Below, piece by piece: positions 25,621 to 35,007 of a stretch of DNA of 64,000 nt; the first letter of the stretch is position 1; the number at the start of each line of letters is the position of its first letter. The position numbers and the translations under genes are program-made. Location: IMG/VR virus record IMGVR_UViG_3300036778_000062, positions 32,001-96,000 of that record. One strand, given 5' to 3'. The notes below the pieces were generated by a model that saw only the letters and a list, made by a program, of their open reading frames with translations, was not told where the DNA came from and ran no database searches. Origin of the DNA: a virus (lineage: Duplodnaviria > Caudoviricetes).

Positions 25621-27203
25621 TGAGTTTTGAATCCTACAACACTGGTACCATATCGATTGGCGCTGCAGCTACGTCGGTTGTTGGCTCAGGCACAGCGTGG
25701 CTGGCTAATGTGGTCCCCGGCGATTCTCTTGCGGTTGATGGATACGAAATCACGGTCGCTGACGTCGTTGACGACACTCATCTGATCATCGAGGCGTGGG
25801 CATTCACGGCGGTCACGGCGAGTGCATATAGAATTTATCAAGACTCGATAGATCGCTTCGATCCTGTCGCGAACGCCAAGAACGTTCGCACGCTTGTCAA
25901 CGCGCTCGATACCTCCGGCTACTTCGTCTTCGTCGCAGCTGGCGCGACCGTTCCAGATCCGTCGCTTGGCGAGGAAGGACAGTTTGCGTTCCAGCCTGGC
26001 ACAGGCAAGCTTTGGCTCAAGACTGGCGGCGCGTGGGTATTCCAGGGCATCTACAAAGGCATTCAGCCGCGCGGCGAGTGGAATGGGGTTGACACGTTCG
26101 AGACAGGCGATGTCGTATCGCGCGATGGAAGTTCGTATCTGGCAATTGCGCCGAGCACGAACGAGGAGCCGTCTTTTGGTGACTCTCCTCCAAATGCATT
26201 TTGGATGGTGAGTGCGGAGAAGGGGGATAAGGGCGACAAGGGGGATAAGGGTGATCCTGGAATTGCCGCATCTCAACCAAGCGTGAGACTATCGCTTACG
26301 TCTGGCGTTTCTATTACGAGCGCTGATGTAACTGGCGCGACGTCCGTTTATGTCATTGCCGTTGGGCAATCAACAACACCTATCTACGACGGGACTAGTG
26401 ACGTTCCGCGAGCACTGCCGGCGCAAACCACGCTTTCCTTGACGTCGGGAAATCATCTTGCTGTGAAGTATTATGACGTGTTCGAAGCGTGGTCAGGCGG
26501 TGCCTACGTTGTCGGCACAGGTCCAGCATGGTCAAGTAGCGGGGCTGGCGCGTCAGGGCGCGGCACCGGATCAGGAACCACCGAGGTTCACGTATTCAAT
26601 GGTCGTCGCACCAACGCAAATTCAATCACGCTTACTAACGGCTCGACCACGTACACGATCCCGGCCAATCAAGCCAACCTGATTGGAGGATTTCGCGTTC
26701 CTTCCGTTGCAGGAACGACTGAGGATAGTTTCCTTCGTCGGCTTGTTTGGAACGAATACAATGCGACTTGGCGCGAGTTACGGCGTTTCGAAACGTCATC
26801 GACCTGGGATTATGCTGCAGGCACGTCTCCAGGTTTTCGCCAAGCCAATGGCAATTCTGCAAACATGGTCGAGATATTTAACGGAGCGGCCGGACGCAGC
26901 ACGATCATTTCCGTAAAGGGCTTTGCCTTTAGCGCCACTTCCACGTTCCGAAACATCGCTGTGGGAATTGGCCTAAACGGCGCGACAGATGTAGCGCACA
27001 CCAACGGCACCATTTCATCTGCTGTGGCGAGCATCAATATCGCCTCACATTGCTCAGCAGACTACAACGATTACGTTCCGGTCGTCGGATACAATCAATT
27101 TTGGTGGCTGGAAAATCGCGATGCTACCGACACCATAACCTGGTTCGGAAACGGCGGCACCACCATTATTCAGTGCGGAATTACCGGAAGAACATATCAA
27201 TGA
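25620..27203 (+). CDS. Tail fibre
   Basis: YNTGTISI..VVGSGTAW N-terminus, RGEW...GDVVSRDGSSY module, collagen-like GDK repeats. Confidence 0.88.
   Translation: MSFESYNTGTISIGAAATSVVGSGTAWLANVVPGDSLAVDGYEITVADVVDDTHLIIEAWAFTAVTASAYRIYQDSIDRFDPVANAKNVRTLVNALDTSGYFVFVAAGATVPDPSLGEEGQFAFQPGTGKLWLKTGGAWVFQGIYKGIQPRGEWNGVDTFETGDVVSRDGSSYLAIAPSTNEEPSFGDSPPNAFWMVSAEKGDKGDKGDKGDPGIAASQPSVRLSLTSGVSITSADVTGATSVYVIAVGQSTTPIYDGTSDVPRALPAQTTLSLTSGNHLAVKYYDVFEAWSGGAYVVGTGPAWSSSGAGASGRGTGSGTTEVHVFNGRRTNANSITLTNGSTTYTIPANQANLIGGFRVPSVAGTTEDSFLRRLVWNEYNATWRELRRFETSSTWDYAAGTSPGFRQANGNSANMVEIFNGAAGRSTIISVKGFAFSATSTFRNIAVGIGLNGATDVAHTNGTISSAVASINIASHCSADYNDYVPVVGYNQFWWLENRDATDTITWFGNGGTTIIQCGITGRTYQ
26218..26261 (+). 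repeat. Collagen-like (GDK)n coding repeat
   Basis: KGDKGDKGDKGDPG. Confidence 0.7.
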
Positions 27204-28057
27204 ATATTGTGGCTGCATCGCAGCCTGACCCATATTCTCTCGTGCCGACACAATCGCTCGGTAATTCTCTAAACCAGTTCGATCCAACCTGGCGCGATAC
27301 TGCGGGACGCACGCAGGTTTCTCCGAGCCTTGTCAGTGGGCAAGATACCGTATTGATATTTGGCTACGGCCAAAGCTTGATAGCGAACCACGACAACGAT
27401 AGCTATTCTTCTGTGTCGTCACTCAACCAGCAGTTCTCGGTCGAGAATGGGGGTATCTATGTCGCAGCCAACCCAAATCCTGGAGCGAGTTGGCTCGTTG
27501 GATCGCCAAATTTTGCGAGCTATTTGACGAGGCTTGGCGACAAACTGATAGCAGACGGATATTGCGCCCGTGTGATTACCGTCAACGTGGCTATCGGAAC
27601 GTCCCTAACGTCGGAATGGGCATCTGGCGGCACCCTCAATCCTCGCCTTGTCGTGGCATGCAAAAGGCTGGCTGCAGTGGGGATTACGCAGTCTAATCTA
27701 TTCCGAACATTTATCATCCATCATCAGGGCGAGTCGCACGACTGCATTACTCAAAGCATATCGTCAGCAACTTATACCACACAGGGGAATAGCGCGATTG
27801 CGACCATTCGAAACAATGGATTCTCTGCAGCAAAAGCCTTCGTGCAGTTAGCTACCTTCAATGCCGGTTTTAGCCCGACCACTGATAGCGATGTGCGAGC
27901 CGGACAATTCGGTATGGTCGACGGGGTAAATACGTTTCAGGGTTATGATCTTGACACGAATATTGATGTGAGCGAGCGCTACGACGGCACACATCTAAAA
28001 TCGACTGCGGTCATTGCCGTTGCCAATGGGACTGCTGCTATCCTTGAGGCGCATTGA
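27200..28057 (+). CDS. SGNH/SASA-type carbohydrate esterase
   Basis: GYGQSL, HQGES, DGTH catalytic blocks; ATGA overlap with fibre. Confidence 0.8.
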   Translation: MNIVAASQPDPYSLVPTQSLGNSLNQFDPTWRDTAGRTQVSPSLVSGQDTVLIFGYGQSLIANHDNDSYSSVSSLNQQFSVENGGIYVAANPNPGASWLVGSPNFASYLTRLGDKLIADGYCARVITVNVAIGTSLTSEWASGGTLNPRLVVACKRLAAVGITQSNLFRTFIIHHQGESHDCITQSISSATYTTQGNSAIATIRNNGFSAAKAFVQLATFNAGFSPTTDSDVRAGQFGMVDGVNTFQGYDLDTNIDVSERYDGTHLKSTAVIAVANGTAAILEAH

Positions 28058-28097
28058 TGTGGGAGCTAACAGTTGCCGCGCCTATGGGTTGGTTCAA

Positions 28098-28268
28098 CTA
28101 AGTTCCGGTCTCTGTCGAAATCGTCACCGAGTCTTCCGAGATGATCGGAATAAATATCGTGTTCAATTCCTCGTCTCTCGGGTCGCATCTATCGCATTCA
28201 AATCGGCGTCGGTCGCCGATGCCAACCGGCATTTTGGCGGATCCGCATTTTGGACAATAGACGGTCAT
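28098..28268 (-). CDS. Small zinc-ribbon protein (56 aa)
   Basis: MTVYCPKCG...FECDRCD; TGATG overlap with methyltransferase stop. Confidence 0.6.
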   Translation of the reverse strand: MTVYCPKCGSAKMPVGIGDRRRFECDRCDPRDEELNTIFIPIISEDSVTISTETGT

Positions 28269-29218
28269 CACTTTTGTTGATTCCTGCGGGCGACTATTTC
28301 GGTCATGCAGTCACGCGCAGTGAAATCGCTGGCCACGAACAGATGGCCGCCCTTCACGTCGTCGAAACTTATCGGCTTAAGGCTTCTGACAGAATGAGGT
28401 CGTGGACTATTCTTGATGCGGACAAGTTTCTCTTTATAGGCAGCCCAATCTGCCTCTGATCGATAGTGCTGCTGCGATGGCCTTTTGTCCGATGTAGAAC
28501 CGGCGCCCTTTTCCGCCACGACGATCGTGGCCATCATATGCGGCGAGGTGAAAGAGCTAACGACACGATCGGGGTGAGCCAGGAGCGCATCCAGATCAAT
28601 CGTAAAAACATCGGCAGCCGATCCGTCGATCTCGCTGGCGCCATAAGCCAATATGTAGACCTTGCAGTCTGAGAAACCGTTCACGGTGAAATAATCGAGA
28701 TACCAAAGCGGTGGAATAATCACATACGGTTCGTAGTGATTGCTGAACATATTTGTCGTGATCAGGCGACCTCCAGGACGGAGCATTTCGGCGAAATTGC
28801 TAATCACCATCGCCGGATCGAAAACGTTATCTAGCGTGCTGCCATCAAGAATGAAATCGGCGCTGGCGCGTAGGTTTTCTGGGATCGGTTTTGTCAGATC
28901 GTGAACGATCTCGGCGCCTTCATAGTCGCTATGATCGAGTGCGAGGATTTTGGTGACATCGAGCAATCGGAATAGCTCGGAATCGGTAATCAGTTTTTGC
29001 CCACTGAAGGCTGGCAGATTGTTCGTCGATCCGCCTCCAGTCTCAAGATCAGACGGTTTCCGGCCTTTCGTGTCAATGCGATGCTCTTTGAGCAGAGCAA
29101 GAATGCTTTCTGGCGTGAAATAGACCGTCTGCCGCCCGATCAGAACGACGTCACCCGTAATCGGGCGATGCTGACGTTCTCGGATTAGCGCTTCGACGAC
29201 GTGGTGACCGATACCCAT
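28268..29218 (-). CDS. SAM-dependent methyltransferase, antisense moron
   Basis: LDHSDYEGAEIVHDL, DFILDGSTLDNVFD, MLRPGGRL; GGAAGGAG RBS. Confidence 0.82.
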   Translation of the reverse strand: MGIGHHVVEALIRERQHRPITGDVVLIGRQTVYFTPESILALLKEHRIDTKGRKPSDLETGGGSTNNLPAFSGQKLITDSELFRLLDVTKILALDHSDYEGAEIVHDLTKPIPENLRASADFILDGSTLDNVFDPAMVISNFAEMLRPGGRLITTNMFSNHYEPYVIIPPLWYLDYFTVNGFSDCKVYILAYGASEIDGSAADVFTIDLDALLAHPDRVVSSFTSPHMMATIVVAEKGAGSTSDKRPSQQHYRSEADWAAYKEKLVRIKNSPRPHSVRSLKPISFDDVKGGHLFVASDFTARDCMTEIVARRNQQK

Positions 29219-29318
29219 AACTACTCCTTCCAAAAGCGCCGCAACCTAGCCCACGCCACCCAAGCGAGCAAGCCCCGTTAGCTAGCCGCAGCCACCCCAA
29301 AAACCAAAAGGAAATCCA

Positions 29319-29546
29319 ATGCCTAGCGCGCCACAGGTGCGTCTGATCGACAATTGGCGCGCTGAAGCCAAGCGCCTCTGGAGCATCCGCGTCGGGCTGT
29401 TTTTCGGCGCACTTAATGGCGCGATGCTTGGCCTTGCGGCCTTCGTCAACACCATCGACCCGATCTGGTTTCTGATCCTTAACATTCTCGGCTGGACCAT
29501 CCTTGTCGGGGCTCGCCTTCTTAAACAACCAGGAGCAGACGTATGA
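29319..29546 (+). CDS. Holin
   Basis: LIDNWR...LWSIR, two TMs, ARLLKQP; before lysin. Confidence 0.82.
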   Translation: MPSAPQVRLIDNWRAEAKRLWSIRVGLFFGALNGAMLGLAAFVNTIDPIWFLILNILGWTILVGARLLKQPGADV

Positions 29547-30070
29547 CCGCAGCAGTAATAGCCAAACCGAAGGCCGGCAAAGTCGCTGGATTAAGCGCTG
29601 CCGGCGCCACGCTGGCTGCGCTACTGGTTGGCCATTGGGAGGGCATGAGCACTGTAGCCGTGCATGAGAAGTTCGATCCTCCGGGAGTCATAACGGTTTG
29701 CGGCGGGATTACCAATGCCGATTGGCCCTGGCTCAAGCCTGGCATGAAATTCACGGTGGAGACGTGCCGCCAAGCGCTTGCTGATGCAGCGAACCGCTAT
29801 GCGGTGAAGGTGGCGCAGCAGTGTCTACCCGATATATCGACCATGCCGCCACACAGGCAGGCCGCTATCGCGTCGTTCGCCGTAAACCTCGGACCCGGTC
29901 GGGTGTGCGGAACGTCGATCGGCCGCGACCTACGCGCAGGCCGTGTCAAGCAGGCGTGCAATGCCATGGTGAAGTACGTCTACGCCAACGGCAAGCGGCT
30001 ACCGGGATTGGCCTACCGGCGCACGGACTCCATGTGGGGCGAGCAGCCGTGGTGCCTGCGCAATGATTAG
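29543..30070 (+). CDS. Endolysin, GH24 lysozyme with SAR-like N-terminus
   Basis: WEG...D...TVCGGIT, SFAVNLG, LPGL..RR. Confidence 0.9.
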   Translation: MTAAVIAKPKAGKVAGLSAAGATLAALLVGHWEGMSTVAVHEKFDPPGVITVCGGITNADWPWLKPGMKFTVETCRQALADAANRYAVKVAQQCLPDISTMPPHRQAAIASFAVNLGPGRVCGTSIGRDLRAGRVKQACNAMVKYVYANGKRLPGLAYRRTDSMWGEQPWCLRND

Positions 30071-30461
30071 TGCCGCGTGGATTCTATCCTACCTCAGTGC
30101 CAACTTTGCGCTGATCATTGTCGTGGTATTGGCGGTAATCGCGCTGGGTGCAGTGGCCTGGTTCGCCAAGAACTGGAAGGTCGCAGTGGCTGCTGGTTGC
30201 GTTTTGGCCGCAGGCTTCGCCTACCAGCAGATCGATAAGAACGCCTACCAGCGCCGCGTTGCCGAGGAGGCAGCCCAGCAGGTGCGCGTCCTGCAAGGGC
30301 GGCTGGATGCCCTTCAGGCGGCCAACCAGGCCGACGCCAAGCGGGCGGCCACAGATGCCGTCACCATTGATGCGCTGCGCCAGCAGGCCGCGCAAACGCC
30401 TGCAAACGATGCCGCCTGCCTCGATGGCGATGCGGCCAAACGGGTGGGGGATATCCGGTGA
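30063..30461 (+). CDS. Inner-membrane spanin (Rz-like)
   Basis: N-terminal TMs, coiled coil, C-terminal Cys. Confidence 0.75.
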   Translation: MISAAWILSYLSANFALIIVVVLAVIALGAVAWFAKNWKVAVAAGCVLAAGFAYQQIDKNAYQRRVAEEAAQQVRVLQGRLDALQAANQADAKRAATDAVTIDALRQQAAQTPANDAACLDGDAAKRVGDIR

Positions 30462-30724
30462 AGTACATTGTAGTGGCGCTGGCACTGGCCTTGGCAGGCT
30501 GCGGCCAGTCTGGCCAGCCATCCGTCTCCGGCTCGCTGCCAACCGTCCCCGCCGATATTCAGGCCTGCTTTAGGGCTGGGCCAACCAAGGTGCCGCAGAC
30601 GGCACTGTCTGTCGCCGAGGTCGAGTCCCTGTGGAAGCAGGACAGGGTTCGGGTTGTGGTCGAGCAGCGCTGCGGCAAGCGGTTTCTGGCCTGGTATGCG
30701 GACCTGCAGAAGAGGTGGCACTGA
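30458..30724 (+). CDS. Outer-membrane spanin lipoprotein (Rz1-like)
   Basis: Lipobox LAGC, Pro-rich, two further Cys. Confidence 0.8.
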   Translation: MKYIVVALALALAGCGQSGQPSVSGSLPTVPADIQACFRAGPTKVPQTALSVAEVESLWKQDRVRVVVEQRCGKRFLAWYADLQKRWH

Positions 30725-31020
30725 TGGGCTGGGAAGTACCTGCTGGGGCGGCTGTCGCCTTTCTGGTGGCTGTTGTGGGCTGGATCTGGCGGCTTTCAGG
30801 CAGGCTAGCCTCACAGGACGGCCGGATTACCGCTGCGGCCACTGCAGCGTCTAACGCCACGGCCAAGGCGACGATTCTTGAGCAGGAGTTGTCGTCGCAC
30901 AAGGAGCACGTGGCTGCCGAGTACCTTTCCAAGGATGCCATGGCTGAGATTACCGCGGCGATCAACCGGCTGGGTGATCGCCTCGATAATTTATTCATCC
31001 ACTTCATTCCGAAACCCTAG
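30724..31020 (+). CDS. Membrane-anchored coiled-coil lysis-region protein
   Basis: N-terminal TM; HVAAEYLSK...RLDNL. Confidence 0.7.
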   Translation: MGWEVPAGAAVAFLVAVVGWIWRLSGRLASQDGRITAAATAASNATAKATILEQELSSHKEHVAAEYLSKDAMAEITAAINRLGDRLDNLFIHFIPKP

Positions 31021-31038
31021 TTGGGTCTGGATGACAAC

Positions 31039-31069
31039 AAAAGGCCCGGCATGTCCGGGCTTTTATTTT
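31039..31069 (+). terminator. Rho-independent terminator (possibly bidirectional)
   Basis: AAAAG-GCCCGG-CATGT-CCGGGC-TTTTATTTT. Confidence 0.8.
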
Positions 31070-31134
31070 CTTGGTCAGCTTTACCGTTCGCGATGAGCGG
31101 ACCTATCTCCTGATATTTCCAACCCAGAGGACAA

Positions 31135-32430
31135 ATGCCAACGCCACCCGTTTCAAGCGAGGATATTGCGCGGACAGTCGAAGTCCGAAAGCGCCATGCC
31201 ACCAATGTGGATGCGGGAAGGGAGCTTGGAGTAGACGAAAAGACCGTTCGTCGGCACATGGTGTTGGCGGCTGAAAGGGGGCTGCTGGGGCCTGAGGAAA
31301 CGAAGCCTGGCTATGTTCTGAAGAGCATAGCATCCAAAGCGCCGGATGGCAGCTGGACTAAGCAGGTTAAAGAGGCCGGGCCAGAATTCAAGCCTACTGA
31401 TGGCTTGGCCATAAACGGCAAGACGACATGGACCAATGCTGAGGGACGAATCACTCAGCAAGTCACCATGGAGCGCAAGGACGCCAAGGCGCAGCTTGAG
31501 ATCATGCGCGCCGCGGTTGCCGGGTTTAAGGATGAGATTCCGAGGGCCGCACCAATAACTCGACCGTCATGGCCACTTGCCATATATCCTCAGTCACGCG
31601 CTCCTAACGAGTCGCTTTTAAACCAGTTCACCGTAACTGATAGCCACTTCGGTATGCTTTCGTGGCGCGAGGAAACTGGTTCCGATTATGATTTGCGAAT
31701 TGCAGAGGAATTGCTGCTTGATTGGTTTTCGGCCGCAATTGCCAATTCACCTGATGCACACACCGCACTCTTCGCGCAGCTAGGCGACCTGATGCACCAT
31801 GACGCTCTTGAGAGCGTCACGCCCGCCCATCGCCATGTGCTTGATGCAGATTCGCGGCTGCAAAAGGTCATTCGCATTGTCATCAAGACAATCCGCCGCG
31901 CTATCGACATGCTCCTGCACAAACATGAGCATGTCCATTGCGTGATGGCTTCTGGCAATCATGACCCGGCATCGTCTGCGTGGCTGCGTGAGATGCTTGC
32001 GGCCATGTACGAGAACGAGCCGCGCGTCAGCGTCGATAATAGTCCGTCGCTTTATTACGCCTATCGGTGGGGCTACACCGGCCTCTTCTATCACCACGGG
32101 CACAAGCGCGACATCAATACGGTTGACGCCACGCTGGCCGGATTGTTCCGAGAAATATTCGGCGCGTGCAGGATTTGCTATGCGCACGTTGGCCACAAGC
32201 ACAGCGACGAAGGCAAGAAAACCAATCTCATGTACGTGGAGCGGCACGAGACCTTGGCCGCGCCCGATGCCTTCAATGCTGGCGGCGGCTGGCTGTCCGG
32301 TAGGTCAGCCAAGGTCATCACTTATTCGAGGCATGGAGGAGAGGTGTTCAGGTCGACGCTTCGTCCCGAGATGGTTGCTGGTTCATACGTTGCAGCCAAC
32401 GACAACGAGCCTGTGCGGAGGGCGGCGTGA
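31135..32430 (+). CDS. N-terminal HTH plus calcineurin-like metallophosphoesterase
   Basis: DSHFG, LGDLMH, SGNHD, HHGH, GHKH motifs. Confidence 0.88.
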   Translation: MPTPPVSSEDIARTVEVRKRHATNVDAGRELGVDEKTVRRHMVLAAERGLLGPEETKPGYVLKSIASKAPDGSWTKQVKEAGPEFKPTDGLAINGKTTWTNAEGRITQQVTMERKDAKAQLEIMRAAVAGFKDEIPRAAPITRPSWPLAIYPQSRAPNESLLNQFTVTDSHFGMLSWREETGSDYDLRIAEELLLDWFSAAIANSPDAHTALFAQLGDLMHHDALESVTPAHRHVLDADSRLQKVIRIVIKTIRRAIDMLLHKHEHVHCVMASGNHDPASSAWLREMLAAMYENEPRVSVDNSPSLYYAYRWGYTGLFYHHGHKRDINTVDATLAGLFREIFGACRICYAHVGHKHSDEGKKTNLMYVERHETLAAPDAFNAGGGWLSGRSAKVITYSRHGGEVFRSTLRPEMVAGSYVAANDNEPVRRAA

Positions 32431-32573
32431 TGGAGGGCTGGCAGATTATTGAAGAGGCGTGGCAAGCGTTTGATAAGTGGCGTGCTGAGCAGACTGACGA
32501 GGTTCAAGAGTTGGACATAGTGGCTCAGATCAATTTGTATTACGCCGCCTCTACGCAAGTTGAGGCCGCATGA
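32430..32573 (+). CDS. Small hypothetical protein (47 aa, ends EAA)
   Basis: TGATG and ATGA overlaps on both sides. Confidence 0.6.
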   Translation: MEGWQIIEEAWQAFDKWRAEQTDEVQELDIVAQINLYYAASTQVEAA

Positions 32574-32734
32574 TCAGGCTACTGCAATGGCTGGTGTGCG
32601 GTCACATCCACAAGTGGAAGACGATCCGAGAATCTAGGTTGTTCGAGCGTGGCCACGACGATCGTCCAGTAGGGTCTGTCTTCATACAGCAGTGCGAACA
32701 CTGCGGCATAGTCAAGCGGAGGACGTTAGATTGA
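32570..32734 (+). CDS. Small Zn-binding protein
   Basis: CGHIHKW...CEHCG. Confidence 0.65.
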   Translation: MIRLLQWLVCGHIHKWKTIRESRLFERGHDDRPVGSVFIQQCEHCGIVKRRTLD

Positions 32735-32964
32735 CTCCAATCCACTTTGACTCTGTAAACACGATCTACAAAGCCCCACCAGACTGGAACGAAGCCGAGC
32801 ATGGCCCGTGCGTAGACCTGCCTGTGCAGCGCACGGATGACTTCGCAATCAGCCGCTGGCGGCCATCCTACGCGGAATTGCAAATCCTGAACGATGGCGG
32901 CGCGGTCGAGGTTGCTATTGCCGGCGGCCAGCCTGCAATAGCTGTGGCGGCGCGACGGCCATGA
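32731..32964 (+). CDS. Conserved phage hypothetical protein
   Basis: APPDW...GPCVDLPV...SRWRPS.AEL..LNDGG. Confidence 0.7.
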   Translation: MTPIHFDSVNTIYKAPPDWNEAEHGPCVDLPVQRTDDFAISRWRPSYAELQILNDGGAVEVAIAGGQPAIAVAARRP

Positions 32965-33389
32965 CCTACACCATCCGAGAAGTCGACGGCGAAGACGAAG
33001 ACATCGCCGAAACGCTAGACGCGCTCCACGACCTTTGCTTCCTGGATGCAGCGCTGCGCGTTAAGTACGACTACGGCCATTGGTGGATTGCATACGCATG
33101 CAAAGAACCGGCCGGATTTGCTGGCATCACGCCAAGCACGATCGGTCCTGGCGTTGGCTATTTGAAGCGCGCTGGCGTTCTGCCGGCGCACCGTGGGCAT
33201 GGCCTACAGCGGCGCTTGCTGAAGGTACGCGAGGCGCGCGCTAGGAAATTGGGTTGGTCATCAGTGATTACGGATACGACGGACAATGTGCCGAGCGCGA
33301 ATAATTTGATTGCGTCTGGGTATCGGTTGTTCAGCCCTGAGCCATGGGCGTTCAAGCATAGCTTGTATTGGATGAAGGAGTTGCAATGA
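32961..33389 (+). CDS. GNAT acetyltransferase
   Basis: VLPAHRGHGLQRRL, NVPSANNLIASGY. Confidence 0.88.
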   Translation: MTYTIREVDGEDEDIAETLDALHDLCFLDAALRVKYDYGHWWIAYACKEPAGFAGITPSTIGPGVGYLKRAGVLPAHRGHGLQRRLLKVREARARKLGWSSVITDTTDNVPSANNLIASGYRLFSPEPWAFKHSLYWMKELQ

Positions 33390-33529
33390 GCGACGATGAA
33401 CTAAAGGCTGCACTGCGTGCAGCGTTCAAGGAAGCGATTGAAAAGATTGGCATTGATGCTTTCCGTAGCACGTCTTGGTTTCTTGCCGGGCGCAGGAACC
33501 TCGCTACGCAAGTTGCGGAGGCTGCGTGA
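33386..33529 (+). CDS. Small hypothetical protein (47 aa, ends EAA)
   Basis: AAGGAG RBS, overlaps on both sides. Confidence 0.6.
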   Translation: MSDDELKAALRAAFKEAIEKIGIDAFRSTSWFLAGRRNLATQVAEAA

Positions 33530-33750
33530 TGTGGCTGCCATGGAGAAGGGTAGAGGAAACGATATCTAAAGAATGTATCGCGTTGGAAGAGATGCGATAC
33601 AAACAGGTTGGTGATGAGGTGCCGAGAGGTCAGCGCATTTTCATGGAGAAAATCAAGCCAACAGATAATTACCACACAGCCATTGCTCAAAATGGGTTGG
33701 TGATTTGGGCTGGATCGGTTGACGAATTGTGCGAAGCGGTGCGCTCATGA
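33529..33750 (+). CDS. Hypothetical protein
   Basis: TGATG overlap. Confidence 0.5.
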   Translation: MWLPWRRVEETISKECIALEEMRYKQVGDEVPRGQRIFMEKIKPTDNYHTAIAQNGLVIWAGSVDELCEAVRS

Positions 33751-34031
33751 CCTTCCGCCCCGGCCAACCCGTCACTTTCATCGACGACACCAACCTCGGC
33801 ACGCTCGGCTACGGAGACGAACTGTATCCACAACTGAACCAAACCTACACGGTGCGGGACGTCGTTATTGACCACTTCGGCACGGAAGGATTGCTGTTGA
33901 ACGAGATCCGCAATGATCGCCTGCCTTACCGAGTTGGCGCTGAGATTATTGATTTTGAAAAGCCGTTCGCGTCGTGGCGGTTCAGGCCGGTGGTTGGTGG
34001 GTTGCGCAAGAAAGAGATGGAGGCGGTTTAG
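33747..34031 (+). CDS. Conserved phage hypothetical protein (SH3-like)
   Basis: FRPGQPV..IDD, YTVR, LLLNEI.N, WRFRPV. Confidence 0.7.
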   Translation: MTFRPGQPVTFIDDTNLGTLGYGDELYPQLNQTYTVRDVVIDHFGTEGLLLNEIRNDRLPYRVGAEIIDFEKPFASWRFRPVVGGLRKKEMEAV

Positions 34032-34032
34032 G

Positions 34033-34728
34033 GTGGCAGACCCCATGAGGCATATTGAGGGGCAGATTGCTGCCGCGAAGCGCAGCAAGCCAATAGAGGT
34101 GCGCAGCCTATCCACGGCCGACACAGACACCGAGTATTACACGCCGCCGTATCCGACGCTTGATGGCAACACACTGACTGTTCCGGTCGGTGGGATGGCG
34201 GACAAGGTGCGTGACGCGCGGTGGGGCGGCGCGGAGATCAGGATTAACGGCGCGCGCTATAGCGTTACGGAATTTTACGAGGAGGGCAGATTTTTGGTTG
34301 ATAAGATTGCAGAGGATTTGCCGACGTCAGAGTGGCACCCGACTATTGGCCAGCCGGAGGCGGCCAATAGTGTGGAGTCAATTGGACACGTTCATGGCGT
34401 GGAGTTCGTTTGTGTACCAGCCAACGACAACTACACCACCCTCCGCACCATCCTGGACGCTGCCTTCAACCACGCCGCAGTCGGCAAGGGCAAGGAGCGT
34501 CACGCGCGCGGCCTGCCATTTGATGAGCAGCCCATGATGCAGACCACAAGGCTGGTCGGGCCAGGCTTTCCTTTGGGGCAGGCCATCAAGAAGGCGGGCG
34601 AGGCTGCGGGCATGATCGAGCGCGCGGAACTAGATGCGGCTGAGGCCGAGTGCTTGGGCGCGATCAACTATCTGTCCGGGGCGGTGGCTTGGATGAGGGA
34701 AGTTAAAGAGGGGATGGCGGCGGCGTGA
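34033..34728 (+). CDS. Conserved phage protein with all-helical C-terminal domain
   Basis: GKGKERHA...PFDEQP...GQAIKK...ECLGAINYL. Confidence 0.7.
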   Translation: MADPMRHIEGQIAAAKRSKPIEVRSLSTADTDTEYYTPPYPTLDGNTLTVPVGGMADKVRDARWGGAEIRINGARYSVTEFYEEGRFLVDKIAEDLPTSEWHPTIGQPEAANSVESIGHVHGVEFVCVPANDNYTTLRTILDAAFNHAAVGKGKERHARGLPFDEQPMMQTTRLVGPGFPLGQAIKKAGEAAGMIERAELDAAEAECLGAINYLSGAVAWMREVKEGMAAA

Positions 34729-34937
34729 GCGACTATCATCTTGATTTAAGATATATCGCGATAACCGGGCCGGGGGTTGACGCCTTTGAGAACCGGAAAG
34801 AAACCGGATGCAAGCATGAGGTCACGATTGCTGAGGAGAGGGCCAGCATCGATCGAGTCAAGCACAAGGTATTTGCTGGACTGAAGATGCTTCGGCTTGC
34901 GGCGGTTCGGCGCGTTCCAATTGCTGTCGCCGCGTAG
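34725..34937 (+). CDS. Hypothetical protein (ends VAA)
   Basis: GTGA overlap. Confidence 0.55.
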   Translation: MSDYHLDLRYIAITGPGVDAFENRKETGCKHEVTIAEERASIDRVKHKVFAGLKMLRLAAVRRVPIAVAA

Positions 34938-34960
34938 CGGCACAGCAATCCACATGCAAC

Positions 34961-34997
34961 AACGCCTCCTACTGCGAAAGCAATAGGAGGCGTTTCT
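34961..34997. terminator. Terminator hairpin between convergent operons
   Basis: AACGCCTCCTA...TAGGAGGCGTT 11-bp stem. Confidence 0.75.
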
Positions 34998-35007
34998 GTA
35001 GGCGGCA

